This document shows, piece by piece, positions 1-7,412 of a DNA stretch of 64,000 nt. This DNA is from an uncultured Clostridia bacterium (GTDB lineage Bacteria; Bacillota; Clostridia; TANB77; CAG-508), in NCBI GenBank assembly GCA_944392805.1, contig CALXXZ010000008.1:6173-70172 (forward strand), written 5' to 3'. How positions within the stretch are numbered: the first letter of the stretch is position 1; each line of letters begins with the position of its first letter. The translations under genes and the position numbers were made by a program. The notes under the pieces are model-generated. The model was given only the letters and a program-made list of their open reading frames with translations. It was not told where the DNA came from and made no database searches.

Positions 1-1
1 A

Positions 2-79
2 GAAAACGTTGCTAAAGCTGAAGCTGAAGAATTAAAAGCTAAACTTGAAGAAGTTGGAGCAGTTGTAGAATTACAATAA
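2..79 (+). CDS. rplL: ribosomal protein bL12 (L7/L12), C-terminal end; 5' partial at window edge
   Basis: Frame 2 reads ENVAKAEAEELKAKLEEVGAVVELQ*, the typical bL12 C-terminus. A strong terminator follows. Confidence 0.75.
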   Translation, partial: ENVAKAEAEELKAKLEEVGAVVELQ

Positions 80-102
80 TTTATAAATAATATAAAGAAA
101 TG

Positions 103-131
103 GAGTACATTTTTATGTACTCTATTTTTTT
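103..131 (+). terminator. intrinsic terminator after rplL
   Basis: GAGTACAT-TTTT-ATGTACTC stem-loop followed by a T-run. Confidence 0.7.
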
Positions 132-142
132 GCACAAAAAGT

Positions 143-169
143 TATCCTTAATTGTTTTAATTAAGGATA
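143..169. repeat. perfect palindrome A (11-bp arms, loop GTTTT)
   Basis: TATCCTTAATT-GTTTT-AATTAAGGATA. It is the exact reverse complement of the copy at 284-310. Confidence 0.85.
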
Positions 170-283
170 CATCATATTTATTTATATCAATAAATTCTAA
201 TAAAATCAAGATATTTATAAAATTTTCAAGAAAAGAGTTTATAAAATAAAACCTTGTAAATACTTATGTTAAAGACAACTATA

Positions 284-310
284 TATCCTTAATTAAAACA
301 ATTAAGGATA
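284..310. repeat. perfect palindrome B (11-bp arms, loop AAAAC)
   Basis: TATCCTTAATT-AAAAC-AATTAAGGATA, 27/27 identical to palindrome A in inverted orientation. Confidence 0.85.
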
Positions 311-319
311 TAAAAGGTA

Positions 320-348
320 TTTACAAATATCATATATTTATATATAAT
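320..348 (+). promoter_or_regulatory. sigma-A type promoter of the DGR target gene
   Basis: TTTACA-N17-TATAAT about 30 nt upstream of the AAGGAGG RBS and the ATG at 379. Confidence 0.5.
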
Positions 349-378
349 ATGAATAGATAAAACTAAGGAGGAAGAAAA

Positions 379-2058
379 ATGATAAGAAAAGAAAAAGGTA
401 TAACTTTAATAGCATTAGTAGTAACAATAGTGGTATTATTGATTTTAGCAGGAGTAAGCATAAGTATGCTAACAGGAGAAAATGGAATAATAACACAAGC
501 CCAAGATGCAAAAGAAAAGACTGATATAGGGAGAGAAAGAGAAATAGTAGAATTAGCAGCAGTAGGAGCAGCAGGAAAAAATAACTATGGAGAAATAACA
601 GAAGAAAATTTAGAAATAGAATTAAATGAAATGATAGGACCAAGAAATGAAGACTATACATTAGTAAAAGATGGAGAAAATTTTATAGTAACATATACAG
701 ATAGCAAAAGAGGTTATCAAATAGACGCAAATGGAAGAGTAACAGAAATAGAAATAAAAGAACCAGAAGACAAGCCAGAAGTATCACAAGACCCAGCATT
801 TTCAAGAGAATGGGGAGTAATAGAAATAGAATTTCTAAGTGGAACAGGTTATAATACAACTACAACTCCAAATGAACCAAATATGACAGCTGATATGAAA
901 GCAGTATATTGGGAAAATGGAGAGGAAAAAGTAGAAGGAGAATCAGCTGATTTCGATAAAAGTAAATGGTATAATTATATAGCTCAAACAGGGGCAACAA
1001 CATCAGGAGGAACAAGCAAGTGGGCAAATGCAAAAACAAGTGATGGAAGTTATTGGGTATGGATACCAAGATATGCATACAGAATAGTATATTTTGATAT
1101 AGAAGCACATAGAGACGTATATAGAGCAGATAATACACAAACAACAGGAATAATAGGATATAGTGATGCAAGAGGACTAGTAGATAAAGATGGAAAAACA
1201 CCAAATGATATAGGAGAGCCAGTAACAAGTATAGGAGTAGGAACAAATAAATTAAGACCACATCCAGCATTTGAAGATGGAAGTTTAACAGGATTTACAC
1301 AAGGAGAATGGGATAGTAAATTGGAAGGAATATGGGTAGCAAAATATGAGGTGAGCCAAAGTGGAACAACAATAAAATCAATACCAGGAGTACAAAGTTA
1401 TAGAAATTTAGAGATAGGAAATATGTATACAAAAGGATATGATTATGATAGAGAAAAAGAAAGTCATATGATGAAAAATAGCGAATGGGGAGCAGTAGCA
1501 TATTTAACTGATAGTAAATATGGAAGAAATGGAACAGCAGTAAGTATAAATTCACATGATGGTAATTATACAGGAGGAGCAGATGGAGCAACAGTATTAA
1601 CAAACCCATTACAAAGTACAACAGGAAATGAATACGGAATATATGATACAGTAGGAGGAGCATATGAATATGTAGCTGGATATATAGCAGATTCTAGTCA
1701 AAATTATGGAAATTCATTTGCATCAACAGATAATACAACAAATAACAAGACAGATAGTACAAAATATGCAACAGTATATAAAATGTCAACTTCAAATAGT
1801 GATACAGAAAATTACAAAGAAAATATAAATAAAATATTTGGAGATGGAACAATAGAAACATCAACTTCAAGCAATGGAAATGCTTCATGGCATTCAGCGT
1901 TCTCTTCTTTTGTAGGTATCTTCAGCAGCAACGATTTTCCGTTTTTCCATCGTGGAGGCATCTACAACAGCGCTTACCCAGGCTCTTTCTGCGTTAGCGC
2001 CTACTATGGCAGCAGCAGCTACAACTACGGTTTTCGCGTGTGTATTGCAGTAAAGTAA
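379..2058 (+). CDS. DGR variable (target) protein: prepilin-like N-terminal hydrophobic segment plus FGE-sulfatase/C-type-lectin-fold-like C-terminal domain carrying the VR
   Basis: N-terminus is MIRKEKG/ITLIALVVTIVVLLILAG. The C-terminal part has GIYDTVGGAYEYVAGY and FHRGG...GFRVCIAV motifs. Good RBS. The last ~52 codons match the TR. Confidence 0.8.
   Translation: MIRKEKGITLIALVVTIVVLLILAGVSISMLTGENGIITQAQDAKEKTDIGREREIVELAAVGAAGKNNYGEITEENLEIELNEMIGPRNEDYTLVKDGENFIVTYTDSKRGYQIDANGRVTEIEIKEPEDKPEVSQDPAFSREWGVIEIEFLSGTGYNTTTTPNEPNMTADMKAVYWENGEEKVEGESADFDKSKWYNYIAQTGATTSGGTSKWANAKTSDGSYWVWIPRYAYRIVYFDIEAHRDVYRADNTQTTGIIGYSDARGLVDKDGKTPNDIGEPVTSIGVGTNKLRPHPAFEDGSLTGFTQGEWDSKLEGIWVAKYEVSQSGTTIKSIPGVQSYRNLEIGNMYTKGYDYDREKESHMMKNSEWGAVAYLTDSKYGRNGTAVSINSHDGNYTGGADGATVLTNPLQSTTGNEYGIYDTVGGAYEYVAGYIADSSQNYGNSFASTDNTTNNKTDSTKYATVYKMSTSNSDTENYKENINKIFGDGTIETSTSSNGNASWHSAFSSFVGIFSSNDFPFFHRGGIYNSAYPGSFCVSAYYGSSSYNYGFRVCIAVK
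1896..2052 (+). repeat. DGR variable repeat (VR)
   Basis: Aligns to 2181-2286. All ~15 mismatches lie at TR adenines. GC-rich codons are atypical for this genome. The VR is 51 nt longer than the TR. Confidence 0.85.
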
Positions 2059-2132
2059 TGTGAAATCTGAAATGTGAACTAATAAGAAAAAGAAAGAAAA
2101 AAGGAAAAGGGGAAGAAATTAGAACCAAAAAT

Positions 2133-2166
2133 TGCTTTTCGTTCGAGGACACTTGAGCGAAAAGCA
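2133..2166 (+). other. GC-rich extended hairpin 14 nt upstream of the TR
   Basis: TGCTTTTCG...CGAAAAGCA outer stem and an inner TTCGAG-GACA-CTTGAG stem with G-U pairs. Confidence 0.5.
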
Positions 2167-2180
2167 CGGGGATATACCTG

Positions 2181-2286
2181 AACGAACTCTTATTTTGTAG
2201 GTATCAACAACAGCAACAATTATCCGTTTTTCAAACGTGGAGGCAACTACAACAACAACAACGGTTTTCGCGTGTGTATTGCAATA
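2181..2286 (+). repeat. DGR template repeat (TR)
   Basis: Non-coding copy of the VR rich in AAC/AAT codons (..GINNSNNYPFFKRGGNYNNNNGFRVCIA). Identical to the VR at all non-A positions. Confidence 0.85.
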
Positions 2287-2441
2287 TGGTATAAAGTTAT
2301 CAGGTATGTAAGTTTAAGGACTTATGTAGAGTATATATACCATACAAGGTATATTCCCTCCATAAGAGAAATCAAATGGTAAATAAGTAAAATAAAAAGC
2401 ACATCTTAGTAATAAAATATGAAAGGGAGTGCTTTTTTTCT

Positions 2442-2804
2442 ATGGCAAAAATAGTAGAAAGTAAGTTATTAATATATCAAAAATATGTAGATTTAATAGA
2501 ATATGGATATAATTTATTAATAAAATATCCAAAAGTAGAAAAATATGGTTTAACAAGTGAAATAAGAAAAAGTATGTTTGAAACAATAAGATTAATATTA
2601 TATGCAAACAAAATATCAAATAAAATGAATAAATTAAATGTAATAAATAAAATAGATGCAGAAATAAGTACACAAAAATTTTTTGTAAGATTTTCATACA
2701 AGAAAAAATACATTAATTCTAACAACTATTATGAATGGTCAAAAAGATTAGATGAAATAGGAAAAATAATAGGAGGTTGGATAAAATCATGCCTAAAAGA
2801 ATAA
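2442..2804 (+). CDS. avd: DGR accessory variability determinant (Avd-like four-helix-bundle protein)
   Basis: 120 aa with LLIYQKYVDLIEYGYNLLIKYPKVEKYGLTSEIRKS, typical of the Avd / 23S-rRNA-IVS four-helix-bundle family. It overlaps the RT start. Confidence 0.75.
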   Translation: MAKIVESKLLIYQKYVDLIEYGYNLLIKYPKVEKYGLTSEIRKSMFETIRLILYANKISNKMNKLNVINKIDAEISTQKFFVRFSYKKKYINSNNYYEWSKRLDEIGKIIGGWIKSCLKE

Positions 2805-3578
2805 ATAACATATTCAAAAAAGCAATTACGTTTAATAAAATATTAGAAGCACATAATAAAACAAAAAAAGGAAAAAGATTTAAAAAACAAGTAATAGAAT
2901 TTGAAATGAATTTAGAAAGTAATATAATACAAATAGGAAAAGAACTACTAAGTGGAAATTATCAATTTTCAAAATATTTTGAATTTACAATATATGAACC
3001 AAAAGAAAGAAAAATAAAAACACTTGAATATAGAGATAGAGTGGTGCAAACTTGGTATGTAGAAAACTTTTTAAAACCATATTTTGAACCACAATTTATA
3101 CAAGATAGTTATGCATGTATAAAAAATCGAGGAACACACAAAGCAGTAGATAAACTACAAAAATATTTAATAAAAGCAGAAAAAGAGTATAAACAAGTGT
3201 GGGTATTAAAATGTGATATAAAAAAATTCTTTTTTAATTTAGAAAATAAACAAAAAGCAAAAGAAATACTAATAGAAATAAAAAATTTTTATTAGAAAAT
3301 TTAAAATTAGAATTAAATTCAAAAACAGCATATTTTAAAGCACAACAAGGAATAAATTTTTGTGGATTTAGAATATGGAAAACACATAAATTAATAAGAG
3401 AACAAAGCAAGAAAAAGATGAAAAGAAAAATGAAAACATTTCAAAAGCTATATAAAAAAGATAAAATAGAATTAGCATATATAACAGCATGTATAAATTC
3501 ATGGAAAGGACATGTAAAACATGCTAATACCTACAATCTAATAAACAAAATGTTTAAAGAATTTGTATTAACAAAATA
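2777..3578 (+). pseudogene. DGR reverse transcriptase, internally deleted (catalytic motifs missing) and frameshifted
   Basis: The N-terminal part has YRDRVVQ, SYACIKNRGTHKA and CDIKKFF. The ORF stops at 3295. The C-terminal part continues in another frame (FLLENLKLELNSKT..GINFCGFRIW..SWKGHVKHANTYNL*). No IGxLTSQ or YxDD motif in any frame. Confidence 0.75.
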
Positions 3579-3591
3579 ATTATCATATGAA

Positions 3592-3620
3592 TTGACAAAA
3601 CAATAAAAAATATATAAAAT
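3592..3620 (+). promoter_or_regulatory. promoter of mtnN
   Basis: TTGACA-N17-TAAAAT. Confidence 0.5.
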
Positions 3621-3656
3621 ACACATATAAAGAATAATAAAGATATGGAGAAGAAA

Positions 3657-4349
3657 ATGAATAAATATGGAATAATAGCTGCAATGAAAGAAGAAATGCA
3701 AGAAATAAAAAACATAATGCAAGAAATAGAAGAAATAAAAGAAAAAGAACTGATATTTTTTAAAGGAAAAATAAATAACAGTAATGTCATACTAGTAGAA
3801 GCAGGAATAGGAAAAGTAAATGCTGCAAGAGTGACGCAATTAATGATAGATAAATTTGAAGTACAAGAAATAATAAATGTAGGTTCAGCAGGAAGTGCAA
3901 ATAATGAACTAAAAATAGGAGATATAGTAATAGGAAAAAAACTAGTGCAACACGATTTTGACATAACAGCATTTGGACATCCAAAAGGATTTATCAGCAA
4001 TATTGGACAATATGTGGAAAGTAATCCACAATTAATAAGTAAAATGGAAAAAACAATTTCAAAATTATCGCAAAACGAATTTAGAATAAAAATAGGAACA
4101 ATAGCATCAGGAGATATATTTTGCACTGAACCAAAAATGAAAGATAAAATAAGAACAAAATTTAATGCAGATGCAATTGAAATGGAAAGTGCAGCAATAG
4201 CACAAGTGTGTAAATTAAATGATATACCATTTATAATAATAAGGAGTATATCAGATAATCCTGATGGAAAAAATGAGATAACATTTGATAAATTTTTAGA
4301 AAAAGCTTCAAAAAGATGTGCAGAGATAATAAAAGAATTTTTGAACTAA
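3657..4349 (+). CDS. mtnN: 5'-methylthioadenosine/S-adenosylhomocysteine nucleosidase
   Basis: GIIAAMKEE, GIGKVNAA, EMESAAIAQVC and IRSISD motifs. Start moved to the ATG at 3657, which lies 6 nt after GGAG (ORF track starts at 3645). Confidence 0.85.
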   Translation: MNKYGIIAAMKEEMQEIKNIMQEIEEIKEKELIFFKGKINNSNVILVEAGIGKVNAARVTQLMIDKFEVQEIINVGSAGSANNELKIGDIVIGKKLVQHDFDITAFGHPKGFISNIGQYVESNPQLISKMEKTISKLSQNEFRIKIGTIASGDIFCTEPKMKDKIRTKFNADAIEMESAAIAQVCKLNDIPFIIIRSISDNPDGKNEITFDKFLEKASKRCAEIIKEFLN

Positions 4350-4406
4350 AAAATACTTGATAGATTAAACAATATATAGTAGAATGAATAATATGAGAGG
4401 TAATTT

Positions 4407-4694
4407 ATGAAATATGGTTTAACAGAAGATGTATATAATAAAATAAAACAAGTTATAAAGAATAATAGTAAATATAAATTTTTGTTATTTGGTTCTAGAG
4501 CTAGAGGAGATTATAAAAGTACATCAGATATTGATATAGCTGTAAAAGAAAAAGTAACAAGAAATGATCAATATAAAATAATGAACGAAATTGACTTGTT
4601 AGATATTATATATAAAGTAGATATAGTATTTATAGATGAAAAAACTAAAAAAGAATTATTAGAGTCAATAAATAGAGATGGAGTTGAGTTTTAA
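4407..4694 (+). CDS. minimal nucleotidyltransferase (MNT) antitoxin-type protein
   Basis: GSRARGDYKSTSDIDIAV nucleotidyltransferase motif. 1-nt overlap with the next ORF. Confidence 0.75.
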   Translation: MKYGLTEDVYNKIKQVIKNNSKYKFLLFGSRARGDYKSTSDIDIAVKEKVTRNDQYKIMNEIDLLDIIYKVDIVFIDEKTKKELLESINRDGVEF

Positions 4695-5074
4695 TGAAAA
4701 GGTTTGAAGAAAGAAAACAAGAATTATTAAATGCAACACAAAGATTAAAAGAAGTCATAAATAAAGAAGAAAATGATATAGTAATAGACTGTACACTACA
4801 TAGATTCGAATTTACATTTGAGTTAGCATGGAAAACATTAAAAGATTATATGGAATACAATGGTATAATTGAAGTAACAGGAAGTCCAAGAGAGGTAATA
4901 AAAGAAGCTTTTAGAAACAATATAATACAAGATGGAGAAAATTGGATAAACATGATGCTAGCAAGAAATAGCCTATCACATTTATATGATGAAGAAAAAT
5001 CAAGAGAAATCTATATTGAAATAAAAGAAAAATATATAAAACTAATAGAACAACTAAATGAAAAATTAAATTAA
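4694..5074 (+). CDS. HEPN-domain protein (HI0074 nucleotidyltransferase substrate-binding family)
   Basis: About 126 aa helical protein with the Rx4H motif (RNSLSH). Translationally coupled to the MNT. Confidence 0.7.
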   Translation: MKRFEERKQELLNATQRLKEVINKEENDIVIDCTLHRFEFTFELAWKTLKDYMEYNGIIEVTGSPREVIKEAFRNNIIQDGENWINMMLARNSLSHLYDEEKSREIYIEIKEKYIKLIEQLNEKLN

Positions 5075-5102
5075 ACATAATACACAAAAAATGGAAAAAT
5101 AG

Positions 5103-5131
5103 TTGATTTATAGCCTAAAACGTGGTATAAT
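5103..5131 (+). promoter_or_regulatory. promoter with extended -10
   Basis: TTGATT-N17 (ending TGg)-TATAAT upstream of the ORF at 5174. Confidence 0.5.
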
Positions 5132-5173
5132 ATAAATGTATCTTTTTAGATACAGAAAGATAGGAGATAAAAA

Positions 5174-5503
5174 ATGGGAGTATTAACAAGAATAGGAGAA
5201 CTAATAAAAGCATTTTCAGTTCCACAAAAAGAAATTGAAGGACAAGATGAAGAAGAAATAACAGTAGATAAATTAGTAAAGATAGCAGAACAATCAGGAA
5301 CAAGTATTGAAAATATAGAAGAATTAAAAAAAGGATATCAAGGTCAGGAAACGCGAGAGGAAAAATTTAGAAGAGAGCAAGTAGAAGCAGCACAAGAAGA
5401 AGAAAAAACAAGCGGAAGAAAACCAAAAATACAAGAAAATCAACAAGCAATAAAGCCAGAGATTCAGCCAAAACAAAGAACTGGAACTGATGAAGGAAGA
5501 TAA
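5174..5503 (+). CDS. hypothetical highly charged small protein
   Basis: Good RBS and purine-rich codon usage like its neighbours. No recognisable motif. Confidence 0.5.
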   Translation: MGVLTRIGELIKAFSVPQKEIEGQDEEEITVDKLVKIAEQSGTSIENIEELKKGYQGQETREEKFRREQVEAAQEEEKTSGRKPKIQENQQAIKPEIQPKQRTGTDEGR

Positions 5504-5516
5504 AAAATTAGATTAT

Positions 5517-5548
5517 AAAGTGAATTTAGATATTCACTTTATTTTTTT
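5517..5548 (+). terminator. intrinsic terminator
   Basis: AAAGTGAAT-loop-ATTCACTTT followed by A and T7. Confidence 0.7.
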
Positions 5549-5681
5549 GACAAAAAAATAAAAAAAATATATTTTTTTCGGAAAAATATTTACATTTTGT
5601 AATAATTTGTATACAATATACAAAGGAAGTTTCGAATAAAAAATAACAAAAGAAAATCGAACTGAAGAAAGGGGTAAATCA

Positions 5682-6974
5682 ATGAAAATATTGATGCTAA
5701 CATGGGAATATCCACCAAGAGTAGTAGGTGGAATAGCGAGAGTAGTATATGACCTATCACACAGACTAATAAAAGATGGTCATGAAGTAACTGTAGTAAC
5801 ATACAGAGAAGGAGATGCTCCATATTATGAGGATGATAAAGGAGTAAAAGTACACAGAGTAGACAATTACATGATAAATCCAAACAATTTTATAGACTGG
5901 ATAATGCAAATGAACTTCAATATGATAGCAAAAGCAAATCAAATAATATCAGAAGAAGGCAAATTCGATGTAATACATGCACATGACTGGTTAGTAGCGT
6001 ATGCTGCCAAAACAATAAAGAATTCATACAATATCCCAATAGTAGCAACAATACATGCCACAGAATCAGGAAGAAACAGTGGAATACATGATGAAACCCA
6101 AAGATATATAAATGATACAGAATGGATGCTTACATATGAAGCAACAGAAGTAATAGTAAACAGCAATTACATGAAAGGCGAAACACAAAGACTATTTGGA
6201 TTACCATTTGAAAAAATAAATGTAGTAGCAAATGGAGTAAACTTAAATAAATTTAGTGGAGTAGAAAGAGACTATCAATTTAGAAGAAGATATGCAATGG
6301 ATAATGAAAAAATAATATTATTCATGGGAAGACTAGTATATGAAAAAGGTGTACAAAACCTAATAGCAGCAATGCCAAAAATCCTAGCAGGATATCATGA
6401 TGCAAAACTTGTAATAGCAGGAAAAGGTGGAATGCTAGATGAATTAAGAGCACAAGCTGATGCACTAGGAATAAGTAATAAAGTATATTTTGCAGGATAC
6501 ATGAATGGAAAAGATGTAGAAAAAATGTACAAAGCAGCAGACATATCAGTATTTCCAAGCACATATGAACCATTCGGAATAGTAGCATTAGAAGGAATGC
6601 TAGCAGAAAGACCAATAGTAGTATCAGATGCTGGAGGACTAGGAGAAATAGTAGACCATAGAGAAACAGGAATGAAGAGTTATTGTGGAAATCCAAATTC
6701 AATTGCAGACTCAATATTAGAATTACTATTTAATCCAGAACTATGTGCAAATATAGTAAAAAAAGCAAAAGCAAAAGTAAAAAATGAATATAATTGGGCA
6801 AAAATAGCACAAGACACACACTTCACATATCAAAAAGCAATATGCGAAACAATGGCAGAAAGACAAAGAAAACAAAATGAACAAGAAAAAGCAAAAAAGA
6901 CAAAAAAAGCAAAAGGAACAGAAAAAGAAATTACAAACTTATTATCTTTCAAAAAACGTCAAGCATATGCATAA
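5682..6974 (+). CDS. glycosyltransferase family 4 (GT-B, group 1)
   Basis: N-terminal MKILMLTWEYPPRVVGGIARVV and C-terminal E..FGIVALEGM motifs. Lys-rich tail. Confidence 0.75.
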   Translation: MKILMLTWEYPPRVVGGIARVVYDLSHRLIKDGHEVTVVTYREGDAPYYEDDKGVKVHRVDNYMINPNNFIDWIMQMNFNMIAKANQIISEEGKFDVIHAHDWLVAYAAKTIKNSYNIPIVATIHATESGRNSGIHDETQRYINDTEWMLTYEATEVIVNSNYMKGETQRLFGLPFEKINVVANGVNLNKFSGVERDYQFRRRYAMDNEKIILFMGRLVYEKGVQNLIAAMPKILAGYHDAKLVIAGKGGMLDELRAQADALGISNKVYFAGYMNGKDVEKMYKAADISVFPSTYEPFGIVALEGMLAERPIVVSDAGGLGEIVDHRETGMKSYCGNPNSIADSILELLFNPELCANIVKKAKAKVKNEYNWAKIAQDTHFTYQKAICETMAERQRKQNEQEKAKKTKKAKGTEKEITNLLSFKKRQAYA

Positions 6975-6983
6975 CAAAAATAT

Positions 6984-7008
6984 CAGCTGCACAAAATGCA
7001 GCTGTTTT
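6984..7008 (+). terminator. intrinsic terminator
   Basis: CAGCTGCA-caaaa-TGCAGCTG followed by TTTT. Confidence 0.7.
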
Positions 7009-7025
7009 AGATAGGAGAATAAAAA

Positions 7026-7358
7026 ATGGTATATGATACAGCAAACAAATTAGCAGAAGAAATAAAACAATCAGAAGAATATATGACATATCAAATGGCA
7101 AAAGAAGCAATCAACTTAAATTATGAATTAAAACAACAGATAGACGAATTTGAAAAAGCTAGATATGAAGCACAAATTATTGCACTTCAAACTGGCAAAG
7201 ATGATGAATCAAAATTAAGACATGTACAAGAATTATATGGACAATTAATTCAAAATCAAGAAGCAAGTAAATATTTTGATGCTGAAATGAAATTTAATAT
7301 AATGATTGCAGACATAAATAAAATAATAGGACAAGCCATTCAAGATTTAATAAAATAA
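7026..7358 (+). CDS. ylbF: YlbF/YmcA family regulatory protein
   Basis: 110-aa helical protein. The pattern LAEEIKQSEEY...YEL..QI.EF matches the Com_YlbF family. Confidence 0.65.
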   Translation: MVYDTANKLAEEIKQSEEYMTYQMAKEAINLNYELKQQIDEFEKARYEAQIIALQTGKDDESKLRHVQELYGQLIQNQEASKYFDAEMKFNIMIADINKIIGQAIQDLIK

Positions 7359-7412
7359 AAAGAATTGAGTTTATAATATAGTTAAACAAAATCTAATTAT
7401 AAGGAGAAAGAA

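Larger units (their letters stand above)
379..3578 (+). mobile_element. diversity-generating retroelement cassette (target/VR - TR - avd - RT), apparently degenerate
   Basis: VR/TR pair with adenine-only mismatches, an Avd-like ORF and a DGR-type RT ORF. See the component features. Confidence 0.85.

Noticed and set aside
338-1888. Minus-strand ORFs rich in Leu/Phe/Ile/Tyr (e.g. 338-661, 860-1270, 1295-1663, 1694-1888), with similar ones throughout the window antisense to every plus-strand gene.
   Set aside because: They are the complement of purine-rich (GAA/AAA/GGA) coding sequence. They have no RBS, are low-complexity, and fully overlap well-supported genes. This is a composition artefact.
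5595-5635. 8-bp-arm palindrome TTTGTATA-caa-TATACAAA overlapping a TTTACA-N17-TACAAT promoter upstream of the GT4 gene, as a possible operator.
   Set aside because: It is a single short AT-rich palindrome in AT-rich DNA, with no second copy in the window. It is noted but not supportable as a regulatory site.
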